A DNA stretch of 64,000 nucleotides from a virus (Duplodnaviria; Caudoviricetes). The translations under genes and the position numbers were made by a program. This document shows, in pieces, positions 54,583 through 64,000 of this stretch. The stretch lies in IMG/VR virus record IMGVR_UViG_3300033073_001027, positions 38,114 to 102,113 of that record. The stretch is one strand, 5' to 3'. How positions within the stretch are numbered: the first letter of the stretch is position 1; every line of letters begins with the position of its first letter. A model generated the notes under the pieces. The model made no database searches and had not been told where the DNA came from. It saw nothing but the letters and a program-made list of their open reading frames with translations.

Positions 54583-55383
54583 TTATTTATATGGATTCCA
54601 CCAGATACTTTCAATGAAGTCTTTGCCGAAACGATCTACTGCGAAGTCATAATTTTGCTTCGCGAATGGATATGCCTCGAACAATCGCAATTTTTCGGCA
54701 TCACTAAAATCTGGATGTTCGCCGAATGTGAAAATCTTTTTATCTGTTTTTACAGAATGGTATGGGAGTTCCAGATAAGCAAACATTTTCTGTAAGGATT
54801 CTTCAGTAAACAGAGTCTCATAGAAATTAAAATGAATCTTACCAAAAACTTCCATCACATTGTCAACTGTCTGACTCCAAGGAATCGCCAACTGATCAAA
54901 GGGAATTCCTTGCTGGACTATTTGTTCAACTGTTTGTGGATCTGGACCAGGACGTTCGGTTTCTATTTGATTCCACATCCAACCAAGCAGGTTTTTCTGA
55001 TTACCTGATTTAAGATATTCATTTGCAGATAGTTGTAACTTCGACAATGAAATTGCATATGCTACAGGGTCGCGCAATGTCATCATTGGTAAAACATTTA
55101 GACCATGTTTTTCTGCATTCTGTTTAAACCAATACAGTTGATCCTTACTCGCATATCCATTAGATGGTGTTATATCGCCAGTAAGAGCAACATTCGAACC
55201 CAATTCTACCATAGTCTCAAAATATTTTTCTCGATCAAACCCATTGTGAATGGGAAGAAATTTTTGAAAGATGAAAAGTTCTTTTTGGATTGGTAGATTA
55301 CAGTCTGTTCTTTTGTTTAACTCCCCATGCAACCACGTGCTGCCTGCTCTCCCGCTTCCGAAATAGAGAATAAAATTTGTCAC
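54583..55383 (-). CDS. Sulfotransferase
   Basis: GSGRAGSTWL 5'PSB loop, KELFIF, GDITP, LRDPV. Confidence 0.75.
   Translation of the reverse strand: MTNFILYFGSGRAGSTWLHGELNKRTDCNLPIQKELFIFQKFLPIHNGFDREKYFETMVELGSNVALTGDITPSNGYASKDQLYWFKQNAEKHGLNVLPMMTLRDPVAYAISLSKLQLSANEYLKSGNQKNLLGWMWNQIETERPGPDPQTVEQIVQQGIPFDQLAIPWSQTVDNVMEVFGKIHFNFYETLFTEESLQKMFAYLELPYHSVKTDKKIFTFGEHPDFSDAEKLRLFEAYPFAKQNYDFAVDRFGKDFIESIWWNPYK
54584..54591 (-). promoter_or_regulatory. T4-type late promoter
   Basis: TATAAATA upstream of speD. Confidence 0.6.
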
Positions 55384-55386
55384 GGA

Positions 55387-55896
55387 TTACTCGGCAGGTG
55401 TCGGCGACTTTTTTCTTGTCGACTTCTTCTTAACCTCAGGTGCCTTCCAACCAACAAGAAACTTCTCAAGAACTGGACCAAGTCGGGGATATTCCTCGAG
55501 CAGTCGCTGATCCTTTACGAGATCGAGCAGTTTTGCCTCGTTCTGATGAACACCTTGACAAATCTGCATCCAGATTTCTTCGCGTCGCCACTGCGAAACC
55601 TTTTGCGCAGAACCACCAGGAATCAGTGTAAGTAGTCGACGAAACTCAGAGGTGATTGATGCATCCCCGAGACCTTCTGGGAGACCCTCATCCTTGAATG
55701 GTGTGTTGCCTTCTGGTAAACCAACTGGTCCCTGTTCATATCCTACGCCCCATGCGAGAAAACGCATGAGAATGGTATTACCGAGCGAGATCGCTCGAAC
55801 ACGTTCTGCTAGTTCTTCGTCAGTCTTTGCTTCCAGCGCCCAGTTGAGTGCCTCGTCAATCTGCCTGAACCTTTTTGGTTGTAGTCTTTCTGCCAT
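55387..55896 (-). CDS. Conserved T4-like hypothetical protein
   Basis: LPEG.TPF, RREE.W.QI..GVH..EAKLL..VKD. Confidence 0.75.
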   Translation of the reverse strand: MAERLQPKRFRQIDEALNWALEAKTDEELAERVRAISLGNTILMRFLAWGVGYEQGPVGLPEGNTPFKDEGLPEGLGDASITSEFRRLLTLIPGGSAQKVSQWRREEIWMQICQGVHQNEAKLLDLVKDQRLLEEYPRLGPVLEKFLVGWKAPEVKKKSTRKKSPTPAE

Positions 55897-56296
55897 CTTC
55901 AATTTTCTTTCGTAAATTTGTTGTGCTAAAATCATGTCGGCGAGAGTTGTAATAGATTTCCATCGGTAGATCGCTCCCAGTAAAATTCTTACCGAAATAT
56001 TCCTCTCCGATGATACGAACATCCCATTCATATGACTTCAGGATGTTGAGAAGATCTTCTTCTGTAGCATATGGAATAATCTGATCGACATACTTGCAAC
56101 CTTCCACCTGCACCCAGCGTTCGAACACTGACTGAACAGGTTTATTCTTCTCAGGTCGATCAATTGTGGGATCAGTTTGCAACGCTACGACCAGTCGGTC
56201 GCACTGTTCCTTTGCTTCTTGTAGCATGAGAACGTGACCTGCATGGAAAAGGTCAAAGCAACTTGCAGTAATACCAATTCTATCAGAAGTCACCAA
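55856..56296 (-). CDS. Cytidylyltransferase (TagD-like)
   Basis: FDLFHAGH (HXGH), KNKP, R.HDFSTT. Confidence 0.9.
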   Translation of the reverse strand: MVTSDRIGITASCFDLFHAGHVLMLQEAKEQCDRLVVALQTDPTIDRPEKNKPVQSVFERWVQVEGCKYVDQIIPYATEEDLLNILKSYEWDVRIIGEEYFGKNFTGSDLPMEIYYNSRRHDFSTTNLRKKIEDGRKTTTKKVQAD

Positions 56297-57167
56297 TTAC
56301 CTCCATCATATTCTTCATACGGTTTGCAATAAAATAATTCAAAAGACCAGAGCGATCCATCTTGCCACTCTGCGCCTCGTAACTATCTATAATCGCTGTC
56401 TTGATGTCCTCAGGAATACGAGACAGGTCTACGAGTTCACGATTGCGCTGGAAGTTGCGCCACATCTCATCGTTGGTGATAAATTCTTCAGGTTGTTGAG
56501 TCTTCCACTCTGCGACCTTGTCCTTACGAATAGGACGCTGACGCTGACCATTGATAAACGTATCGTCGTCGGAAAGAATGTTCGGAACACCGTCACCCTT
56601 ATCACCCATGATGATATGTTCCATAAGAACTGCTTCGGGTGATTCAGTCAACTTGACAAACTTCTTCTGAATGGGAGCATACTGCTTGACATTCGACCAC
56701 TTCTGTAACTGATTGAAGTCGTGGTCGCTGGAAAGAATCAGGAATGGTTCCTGACCTGGAATGAGACCATCGGTGTTAGAAGTCTGCGAGTATTCAGCGA
56801 GAGTTGCGATAACATCGTCTGCCTCTGCGCCATCAACATCAATGACAGGATACGGGAAGTGTTCGGCGATTTCCTCGCGAATGAGAGACAGTGCCTCGAA
56901 AATGGCAGACCAGTCGAAACCACTGTCGGCGCGAGACTTCTTGCGCATCGCCTTGTAGTTCGGAAAATACTGACGACGCCAGTAGTGACGGTTGTCGCAA
57001 GCAATAACCATCTCACCGAACTCATCGCCAAACCTGCGCTTATAACTACGCAGAGAATTGATGATCATATGACGCACGAGCGGGACGTTAATCTCAACGT
57101 CCCGACGTCCACCGAGTTCTGCCATCAGACTACTAATTGCAGTCTGGTTATAATCTACAACAATCAT
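56283..57167 (-). CDS. rnh: T4-type RNase H / 5'-3' exonuclease
   Basis: YWRR..FPNYK..R, EADD, SSDHDF.QL, GDKGDGVPNI. Confidence 0.93.
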   Translation of the reverse strand: MIVVDYNQTAISSLMAELGGRRDVEINVPLVRHMIINSLRSYKRRFGDEFGEMVIACDNRHYWRRQYFPNYKAMRKKSRADSGFDWSAIFEALSLIREEIAEHFPYPVIDVDGAEADDVIATLAEYSQTSNTDGLIPGQEPFLILSSDHDFNQLQKWSNVKQYAPIQKKFVKLTESPEAVLMEHIIMGDKGDGVPNILSDDDTFINGQRQRPIRKDKVAEWKTQQPEEFITNDEMWRNFQRNRELVDLSRIPEDIKTAIIDSYEAQSGKMDRSGLLNYFIANRMKNMMEVIGDF

Positions 57168-57511
57168 GTTCGTTCTCCATTGGATGACAGTGCATCCTTC
57201 AAATCGTCGAGCAGAGCAACTTCTGGTGTCATCAGTCGTTCCTGTCGAGCAAGCATAGCAAAAACAAGAGTGGAAATCACAGCAGCATCAGTATAGAAAT
57301 TATCATCCATATTACTGATACGCTCCTGCGTCACTCGAACAATACCATGAACAATTGACTTTGCAGTCTTTTCGCACCGTTCATATGCATCAATATCATC
57401 TGCTGCCTGAGCAAACATCTCAACAGTTTCCTGAATGGATTCCTCAGGCAGTTCCTTCGACTTCTTTTTGAAGTTCAGGAATGTAACATTATCACTATTA
57501 TCGTTCATCAA
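57164..57511 (-). CDS. Hypothetical protein
   Basis: ORF coupled to rnh. Confidence 0.7.
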   Translation of the reverse strand: MMNDNSDNVTFLNFKKKSKELPEESIQETVEMFAQAADDIDAYERCEKTAKSIVHGIVRVTQERISNMDDNFYTDAAVISTLVFAMLARQERLMTPEVALLDDLKDALSSNGERT

Positions 57512-58629
57512 AAGACTTTCAAAATCAAAGTTGTCGCAGTCAGTCGAGCACGAACTGGTGCATCTTTACTTTTAATTGAAGAATACCATTTTGTCAAGTC
57601 ATTTTTCTTCAGTTCATAAAATTCCTTCAGTTGAACATCTGGTTTACGCAGAAGTTTACAACTCGACATTGATTCTTCATAACCAATCAACGCAGCACCC
57701 TTTACAGTAATGCCACCACCAATGGGACTATAGAACTTAGAGATCTTTCGAGTCTTAGTATCAAACACCCACACTTCGCTGCAGTTTAGCAGATTGATAG
57801 GATCGACGCTAGTGATTGCAAGAGCAGTATCCTCCTTGAGGAACTTGATGTTCTTAATCATCTTGCTCTTGTCCTTCGGTTTCTTCTTGCGAACCTTAGC
57901 AACCTGCTTGCTGACATGAGACTTCTTAAGATCAGCAATGTAGGATTCGAGCAACTTGACGATATCCTTGACGATCTTCATTCCAGACAGATGCTCATAA
58001 CCTTCGAGCAACTGACTCTGTTCGGGAGTAAGTTGACCCTTGGGCAGTCGACGCACCTCGACCAGTTCGCTGAATTCAGCAAGCATGGGTTCGATCTTGG
58101 CAATGCAATCGAGATAATGCTTGTCAGTCATGCGATATGGCATGAGGATCTGACCCATTGTCTTAGTATCTTCGCCGATGATCAGGTTTTCTATCTCGTC
58201 ATCTACATCAGAGACAATAAAGTTGGGAGCGAGAGGAAGAACACGTGCTACCTTGACAACAGGTTCTGCGTTGTCATCATCTTCTTCGAGTTTGATGCGA
58301 GCATTCGCAACTTCCTGAACCTTCTCCCAAATACGTGCCTTGTGCACATCGCTTACGGGAAAACCACGCATTGCGATGCGAGCAGTATTAGCATAGGTGC
58401 GAGGGAGCAACTTGTCAGGAACCTTTGAGAGTGCCTTCAACTTATCCTTGTCTCCCTTGAACCAGTCGACGAGGAAAGCACGACAATCCTTCTGTTCTAC
58501 AATGTAACTATACCAATTTAGAGCAACACCAAACTCTGACTGATAATCTACAGGTTCATAATTATCAACCCAGATCGGTTCAGTGCCGAGGTGCTTGGAC
58601 TCAGAAACGGGAACTTTAAACTTATACAT
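57508..58629 (-). CDS. Conserved T4-like hypothetical protein
   Basis: ALNWY, VWVFDTKTRK, LRKP..QL. Confidence 0.8.
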   Translation of the reverse strand: MYKFKVPVSESKHLGTEPIWVDNYEPVDYQSEFGVALNWYSYIVEQKDCRAFLVDWFKGDKDKLKALSKVPDKLLPRTYANTARIAMRGFPVSDVHKARIWEKVQEVANARIKLEEDDDNAEPVVKVARVLPLAPNFIVSDVDDEIENLIIGEDTKTMGQILMPYRMTDKHYLDCIAKIEPMLAEFSELVEVRRLPKGQLTPEQSQLLEGYEHLSGMKIVKDIVKLLESYIADLKKSHVSKQVAKVRKKKPKDKSKMIKNIKFLKEDTALAITSVDPINLLNCSEVWVFDTKTRKISKFYSPIGGGITVKGAALIGYEESMSSCKLLRKPDVQLKEFYELKKNDLTKWYSSIKSKDAPVRARLTATTLILKVF

Positions 58630-58656
58630 GTTGTCACCTTTCTTCATGATATAATT

Positions 58657-58685
58657 ACTCTACCCTACTTTTTGAAAAAAGTCAA
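58657..58685 (-). promoter_or_regulatory. Early promoter
   Basis: TTGACT-N17-TAGAGT. Confidence 0.75.
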
Positions 58686-58951
58686 GCTATATTATACACA
58701 ACGTCCAACACGTTTTCGTAACGGAACGATCTCCAAGCATTTTCATCTAGATCCCAGACAGGCAAAACGTCAGGATTAGTCTTGCGTTGCGTTTCAGTTT
58801 TCTTCTTAGTAGGAGGTGCAGGAATTGCTTCCTTACGCAAAGTGCAATTCATCTCACGAATTTCACCAGTAGCCTTGCTAAATCTAACCCTTGCATTCAT
58901 ACGCTGCAGATTATGCTTCAACGTTTCTCGTTCATTTTGTTCCATATTCAC
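58682..58951 (-). CDS. WYL-like SH3-fold protein (DUF2693 type)
   Basis: V.F.K..GE.R.M.CTL; VWDL...WRSFR. Confidence 0.8.
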   Translation of the reverse strand: MNMEQNERETLKHNLQRMNARVRFSKATGEIREMNCTLRKEAIPAPPTKKKTETQRKTNPDVLPVWDLDENAWRSFRYENVLDVVYNIA

Positions 58952-59946
58952 ATCCTTTTAATATTAGACTGGTCAATTTCAATTTTACCGTCACGCCATG
59001 ACCTTTTCGGAGGATCAGGAGCAGGCATATCGTGCGTCGAAACAGGTTGCTTGTCTTCATGTTTCGCAAAGGCAAAGAAGTCTGGAGTTTCTACAGCAGG
59101 TTTCTTGACCTTTTGTTTATTCTTCTTCGCAGCACGAACAACCTTCTTCAATGCCTCTGTTGGTTTCGGTTCTTCAACATCAACCACGACATAGTCGTTT
59201 ATACTCTCTTCTTCCTTCTTTGTCAAGCCTAAAAATGTCATATTAGCAGCAATGATTAAAAGAATTGCTAAAGGATCGAATACAAAGATAAGAACGATGA
59301 TCATCATGCGCACTGCTTTATCTACAGTAGCGTTATCCCCACTACCATAGAACAGTTCCGCAACATATTTAATTGGTCCTACTTCCGCTTCGAGTTTGAG
59401 GTTTTCAGTTTTGAGCGGTATGAGATCAGTCTCAATAGTTTGAATGTCAGCAGTCGCACTCTCAATTTCTTTATTAAGGGACGCACGTTCCCTTTTCTGT
59501 CTATTTCTAATGTAATTAGCATCGAGTACATTTTCTGCAGTAGTGAGTCGGTCCAGAGTATCCAGAGATGTTTGTGCATTCTTAAGTCTCCTTTCTGCCG
59601 ATGCTTTTTTGCTTTCAAGTTGCTCGATCTTTAATTGTGCGGAACCACCCACGGTGGTATGTTCGATGTGCGCCTTACTCAAATAACCGAATACGCCCAT
59701 GCTCGTAATAAACGAGAGGACGCAAACTGCTATCGTGAAGTATGTCTTCAAGAGTTTGTTTGCATTTTTCCAGTTACGATACACCCAACTTGCAGTAGTA
59801 AGTTTTGCAAGTTCCAGAACACCACCCATGGCAGCAACCGCCAACGGTGATGCAGGGAAGATTGCCATCAACCCTAATATTGAAAAGTAACCAGCGACAC
59901 CTGTAATCGCTAGTGCTACTAGCATTAAGAGTGCTGCGAAAAACAT
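58948..59946 (-). CDS. Conserved phage membrane/coiled-coil protein
   Basis: 3 N-terminal TMs, coiled coil, EVGPIKY, FVFDPLA. Confidence 0.8.
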   Translation of the reverse strand: MFFAALLMLVALAITGVAGYFSILGLMAIFPASPLAVAAMGGVLELAKLTTASWVYRNWKNANKLLKTYFTIAVCVLSFITSMGVFGYLSKAHIEHTTVGGSAQLKIEQLESKKASAERRLKNAQTSLDTLDRLTTAENVLDANYIRNRQKRERASLNKEIESATADIQTIETDLIPLKTENLKLEAEVGPIKYVAELFYGSGDNATVDKAVRMMIIVLIFVFDPLAILLIIAANMTFLGLTKKEEESINDYVVVDVEEPKPTEALKKVVRAAKKNKQKVKKPAVETPDFFAFAKHEDKQPVSTHDMPAPDPPKRSWRDGKIEIDQSNIKRM

Positions 59947-60281
59947 CCTGGTCTCCAGTCTGGTAGTTTAAGTTCTTTCAAGTGCGACAGTCTTAGGCGC
60001 ACGTTCCACATGTCATTGATGCAACGTTCGTCTAGTCGATACTCCCACTGTAGTAGGTGTTCAACTGCCTTGGCATGCGCTTTGCTGTCATATTCTGCAA
60101 CAACTTCTTTGCGCATCTCGCCTTCATAGTTATTCACATACGAGGAACTACCGAAATATTTTTCGAATAGTTTTTCTGTTTTACATGAATACCCAATATA
60201 AAATTTGCCGTCGTCAAAGTAAGTGCAATACACACGATGCACTTTCTTCGGCGACGGCTTTCGCTTTTTCTTAACTGTCAT
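59925..60281 (-). CDS. Small GIY-YIG (Seg-like) endonuclease domain protein
   Basis: RVY...FYIG, YFGSS, E, CIN. Confidence 0.7.
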   Translation of the reverse strand: MTVKKKRKPSPKKVHRVYCTYFDDGKFYIGYSCKTEKLFEKYFGSSSYVNNYEGEMRKEVVAEYDSKAHAKAVEHLLQWEYRLDERCINDMWNVRLRLSHLKELKLPDWRPGCFSQHS

Positions 60282-60309
60282 AGTCTACTCCGAAGTAGAC
60301 TTATTTATT
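60282..60309 (-). promoter_or_regulatory. Late-like promoter plus RBS-masking hairpin
   Basis: AATAAATA followed by AGTCTACT-TCGG-AGTAGACT-ATG. Confidence 0.65.
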
Positions 60310-60454
60310 CGTCTTCGTAGTCTTCAAACTCATATGAATCGTGTTCAATCTCAGTACCACAGAATGGACAGTGCATTATTCTATAGTATTTTTCGTCCAT
60401 GTCATGCTCAACTATAAACAGAGCATCACATGTTGTGCATTCCAACTCTTCCAT
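60305..60454 (-). CDS. Small zinc-ribbon protein (not in ORF track)
   Basis: MEELECTTC...HCPFCG plus acidic tail. Confidence 0.7.
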   Translation of the reverse strand: MEELECTTCDALFIVEHDMDEKYYRIMHCPFCGTEIEHDSYEFEDYEDE

Positions 60455-60747
60455 TAGGCAATATCTTCAACACTAACTTCGACTGTGACCCCATTCGCAG
60501 AGTTATACGCATCTCTTTCTGCGGAAATAAGATCATTATACTGTGACCATTGCGCAAAATCTTCATCAGAGATTACCATGGTTGTTGAAATATTATTGGT
60601 ATCAATAGGATTTACGTTAAAGTTTAGTGTTGCTCCTTCAAGAAATGCTTCAAAATCAAGAATATTTTGTGACTTTGGAGTAACTTGTCCGAACCATACT
60701 GTTTGTTGGTTTTGTCTACTGATAGTTGTTGTAATCTTCTTAGGCAT
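60454..60747 (-). CDS. Hypothetical protein
   Basis: AAGGA RBS. Confidence 0.65.
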   Translation of the reverse strand: MPKKITTTISRQNQQTVWFGQVTPKSQNILDFEAFLEGATLNFNVNPIDTNNISTTMVISDEDFAQWSQYNDLISAERDAYNSANGVTVEVSVEDIA

Positions 60748-60758
60748 TTAATATTCCT

Positions 60759-61733
60759 TTATGCTGCTACGCCCCAAACGTCTTGCCAAGTTCCAGAAAG
60801 CGCACCCTTCGCATAGTCGGTAGCACGATTCTCAAAGAAATTGGTATGCGTTGGAGCATTGATCATCTCCTCAACCCATGGTAGAGGATTCTTTTTAACT
60901 TTGAAAATACCCTTCATACCCAAAGCAATAAGACGACGATCCGCAATATAACGGATATACTTCTTTACATCTTCTTCTGTCAAATCTTCCATTGCTCCCA
61001 TGGAGAATGAAAGTTCGATAAACTTATCTTCTAGTTCTACCATGCGTTCGGCAATGGTGTAGATGCTAGACTTCAATTCGTCATTCCAAAGTTCACGATT
61101 TTCTTCAACATATGCACGGAACAACTTGATCATCGACTCGGCGTGTTGCGTTTCATCAACAATCGACCAAGTAACAATCTGCCCCATACCCTTCATCTTT
61201 CCGTGACGAGGGAAGTTGAGGAGCATGATGAAGGATGAGAACAGTTGCATACCCTCAGTGAATGCACTAAATGCAGCGATATTGGTTGCGACCGATTCAG
61301 GCGTTCCATTTGCATTCGACAAATCTGTAAAGTAGTCGTGCTTTGCTCGCATTGAGTCGTATTCGAGGAACTCTTGATACGTTGTCTCAGGCATACCCAG
61401 AGTTTCAATAAGGTGTGAGTAGGCAGCGACATGCAATGCCTCCCTTGCGGCAAACCCCATCAACATCATACGGATTTCAGGTTGTGGGAAATATGGTAGA
61501 TAGTTCTTTACATAACCACCCGCAACATCGATATCGCCTTGTGTAAAGAAACGAAAAATATTTGTTAGGAAATGCTTCTCTTCTGGTTTGAGACGCTTTT
61601 TCCAATCATTGACGTCTTCCAACATTGGCACCTCAGTGTGCAACCAATGTGACTGTTCATGCTTTAACCATGCGTCATATGCCCATGGATAGTTGAACGG
61701 TTTGAAATACGATCTTTCAGTCATTAATGTCAT
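60759..61733 (-). CDS. nrdB: Ribonucleotide reductase class Ia beta subunit
   Basis: FFTQGD, EALH..AY, EGMQLFSSF, DETQH, NFFE.R.TDY. Confidence 0.97.
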   Translation of the reverse strand: MTLMTERSYFKPFNYPWAYDAWLKHEQSHWLHTEVPMLEDVNDWKKRLKPEEKHFLTNIFRFFTQGDIDVAGGYVKNYLPYFPQPEIRMMLMGFAAREALHVAAYSHLIETLGMPETTYQEFLEYDSMRAKHDYFTDLSNANGTPESVATNIAAFSAFTEGMQLFSSFIMLLNFPRHGKMKGMGQIVTWSIVDETQHAESMIKLFRAYVEENRELWNDELKSSIYTIAERMVELEDKFIELSFSMGAMEDLTEEDVKKYIRYIADRRLIALGMKGIFKVKKNPLPWVEEMINAPTHTNFFENRATDYAKGALSGTWQDVWGVAA

Positions 61734-61888
61734 GGGCGACCCTGTCCCCTATACTTCTTAAAATTGCGCTTCTTACGCTTGTTCATTGTGCTCATCTTAA
61801 TCTTACCATTACCAATAGTAGTCCCCTTGCGGTGAACGTCATTGATTACGATCTTCATTGTTCCATTGGAACGTCCGCCTTTTGCCAT
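61730..61888 (-). CDS. Small basic phage protein (not in ORF track)
   Basis: Ends STMNKRKKRNFKKYRGQGRP, a motif recalled from T4-like phages. Confidence 0.65.
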   Translation of the reverse strand: MAKGGRSNGTMKIVINDVHRKGTTIGNGKIKMSTMNKRKKRNFKKYRGQGRP

Positions 61889-62124
61889 TAATTATTCTCC
61901 GCCCATTTAATTAGATCATCATATCCTCCGACATGCGATCCGTTGATCCAAATTTGTGGAACAGTTTTGGCATCAGGAATTACAGCAACTACATCTTCCC
62001 ATAGCACATCTTGACCTACCACGCTTTCTATATAGTTGATTTCCATACCTTGCATAAATTCCTTTGCCATTACGCAATAAGGACAGTCAGGTTTGGTATA
62101 AATCTCTGCAAAAAACTGTGTCAT
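61888..62124 (-). CDS. Glutaredoxin
   Basis: CPYC, TVPQI, GGYDDL. Confidence 0.95.
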   Translation of the reverse strand: MTQFFAEIYTKPDCPYCVMAKEFMQGMEINYIESVVGQDVLWEDVVAVIPDAKTVPQIWINGSHVGGYDDLIKWAENN

Positions 62125-62128
62125 TTGT

Positions 62129-63931
62129 TTACCCTTCGCATGCTACACAGGTATCGCCATCGATCATTGCCTTGAAGTCGATTTCCTTAATCGCTTCACG
62201 TTCGATCTTCTTTGCGACCTTGTCTGCCTTACCGATCTTCTCGGAGCGGCAGTAGTATAGCGTTTTTAGACCCTGTTTCCATGCAAGATAATGTACTGCA
62301 TGGAGATACTTAATATTTGCATCGGGACGGAAAAAAATATTGAGGGACTGCGCCTGATCAATAAACTTCTGTCGGTCTGCGGCATGCTCAATAACCCAGC
62401 GCTGGTCAATTTCCATAGAAGTCTTAAAGACTTCCTTAGTTTGTGCATCCATCCAAGTCAAATGCTGGACTGAACCATCATTTGCAATAATTGATGACCA
62501 AACTTCGTCGTACCAACCTGCGTGCTTACCTAACGCTGCTTCTTCTAGGATAATAGCATCAAGGTATTTATTCTTATTGAGATGTGCGCCCGACAAAGTA
62601 TCTTGACGATATGCATTTGCTCGCCATGGTTCAATCGACGGACTGGTGTTGCCCATGATGATTGACGAAGATGCGTTAGGAGCAATTGCCATCATGTGTG
62701 AGAAACGACGACCAGTTCCAGCAGCATCTGGTGCTTCACCACGTTCTGCGCCAAGTTCTAGATTTGCTACATCCAACTTGTTCTTGATATGCTTGAAGAT
62801 GCGCATATTGACACCCTTAGCAACAGCAGATTCCCAAGCAATACCTTTACGTTGTAGATAAGCATGGAAACCAAGTGCACCAATACCGATTGAACGTTCG
62901 CGCTTTGCAGAGTAAATTGCTCGAGCAACCTGCTTCGGTGCATTCTCAATGAAATACTGGAGAACATTGTCAAGCATCTCTGCCATGTCCTTGAGAAACA
63001 GCGGATCACGCGACCATGCATCATAGTATTCCAGATTGACGGAAGACAAGCAACAAACAGCAGTTCGTTTCTTATCAGTCGGGAGAATGATTTCCGAACA
63101 CAGATTGGACTGGTTAATCTTGAGACCCAGATCTTTCTGGAACTGCGGCATTTGACGATTTGAAGTGTCAATAAAATGCAGGTATGGTTCGCCTGTCATC
63201 ATGCGAAGTTCAAGAATCTTCTGCCAGAGTTCCTTGGCAGAAACTGTATCGCGCACTACACCAGAATGCGGATCCTTTAGTTCCCACGTGTCATCCGCAT
63301 CCTTATCAGTCATGCAACGCTCAATGATTTCCATAAAATCATCAGTGATGTTCACCCCATGGTGCAGATTAAGTGCACGCATGTTCGGATCACCAGTCGG
63401 TTTGCGCATTTCTAGAAATAGAGCGATGTCAGGATGAGAGATGTCAAGATAAGCAGCATAACTACCTCGTCTGGTTCTTCCTTGACGGTATGCCATACTA
63501 GAAGCATCATAAGTGCGAAGATGAGGCATGACCCCAGTAGACTTGTCATCGGCGGCACGAATACCGAACCCAATGCCAACGCCACCGCCAAGCATAGATA
63601 ACCAATTCGTTTCTGATAGATTGTCAACTAGACCCTCCGCAGTATCTTCAATAAAATTCAAAAAACAACTAATTGGCATACCACGCTTCGACCGACCAAA
63701 CGAGAGGATCGGAGTTGCGTATGACAACCAGTGCTTGGACGAATACTCATACAATCTCTGAGCATGTTCAGGGTTGGAAGAAAAGGTTTTTGAGACAAAT
63801 GCGAATCGATGTTGAGGAGATGTCTCACCATCCTTCATGTACGATTCTTCCAGACGCTGAATACCTAGTTTGTCAAACAGGGAGTCTCGTGATAGATCAA
63901 TTATAATTCCTAGATATTCTTGCTTTGCCAT
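62129..63931 (-). CDS. nrdA: Ribonucleotide reductase class Ia alpha subunit (no ATP cone)
   Basis: ISCF, SNLCSEI, APNASS, KTLYY, C-terminal CVACEG. Confidence 0.97.
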   Translation of the reverse strand: MAKQEYLGIIIDLSRDSLFDKLGIQRLEESYMKDGETSPQHRFAFVSKTFSSNPEHAQRLYEYSSKHWLSYATPILSFGRSKRGMPISCFLNFIEDTAEGLVDNLSETNWLSMLGGGVGIGFGIRAADDKSTGVMPHLRTYDASSMAYRQGRTRRGSYAAYLDISHPDIALFLEMRKPTGDPNMRALNLHHGVNITDDFMEIIERCMTDKDADDTWELKDPHSGVVRDTVSAKELWQKILELRMMTGEPYLHFIDTSNRQMPQFQKDLGLKINQSNLCSEIILPTDKKRTAVCCLSSVNLEYYDAWSRDPLFLKDMAEMLDNVLQYFIENAPKQVARAIYSAKRERSIGIGALGFHAYLQRKGIAWESAVAKGVNMRIFKHIKNKLDVANLELGAERGEAPDAAGTGRRFSHMMAIAPNASSSIIMGNTSPSIEPWRANAYRQDTLSGAHLNKNKYLDAIILEEAALGKHAGWYDEVWSSIIANDGSVQHLTWMDAQTKEVFKTSMEIDQRWVIEHAADRQKFIDQAQSLNIFFRPDANIKYLHAVHYLAWKQGLKTLYYCRSEKIGKADKVAKKIEREAIKEIDFKAMIDGDTCVACEG

Positions 63932-64000
63932 TTACATTCCCTGCTTCTTCAAGACCTTTTCGATATCGGGCTTGAAGTAAGTATCTGGTTTCAGAATCTT
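63932..64000 (-). CDS. 3' end of MazG-like/PRA-PH nucleotide pyrophosphohydrolase (partial)
   Basis: KILKPDTYFKPDI C-terminal motif. Confidence 0.5.
   Translation of the reverse strand, partial: KILKPDTYFKPDIEKVLKKQGM

Noticed and set aside
60759-63931. Introns or inteins in nrdA/nrdB
   Set aside because: Both ORFs are continuous and of compact normal length

Overview
This 64 kb window comes from a large T4-like (myovirus-type) phage genome and is almost entirely minus-strand. Phage markers include nrdA/nrdB/glutaredoxin, T4-type RNase H, dCMP deaminase and TATAAATA late promoters. The host is probably an alphaproteobacterium (GapR, DUF465 and a sphingomonad-style TonB-dependent receptor). 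From left to right: (1) a tandem array of at least 8 twitch/SPASM radical-SAM genes; (2) a late-promoter-driven operon linking curli export and curlin-like genes (csgF, csgG, two curlin-repeat proteins) to a FecR-domain protein and an intact CHASE2 class III adenylate cyclase, the best candidate for an undescribed system; (3) a TET/JBP dioxygenase plus glycosyltransferase DNA-modification pair, both ending in clamp-binding-like tails; (4) a variable region of small genes behind about 15 copies of one early promoter, including compact adenylate-forming enzymes; (5) a 26-member tRNA array with several structurally aberrant tRNAs, a GOLLD-like giant RNA with an embedded tRNA, several other structured RNAs, a boxA site and interspersed enzyme genes; (6) nucleotide-metabolism core genes. 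All family calls rest on motif recognition by eye; no database searches were run.
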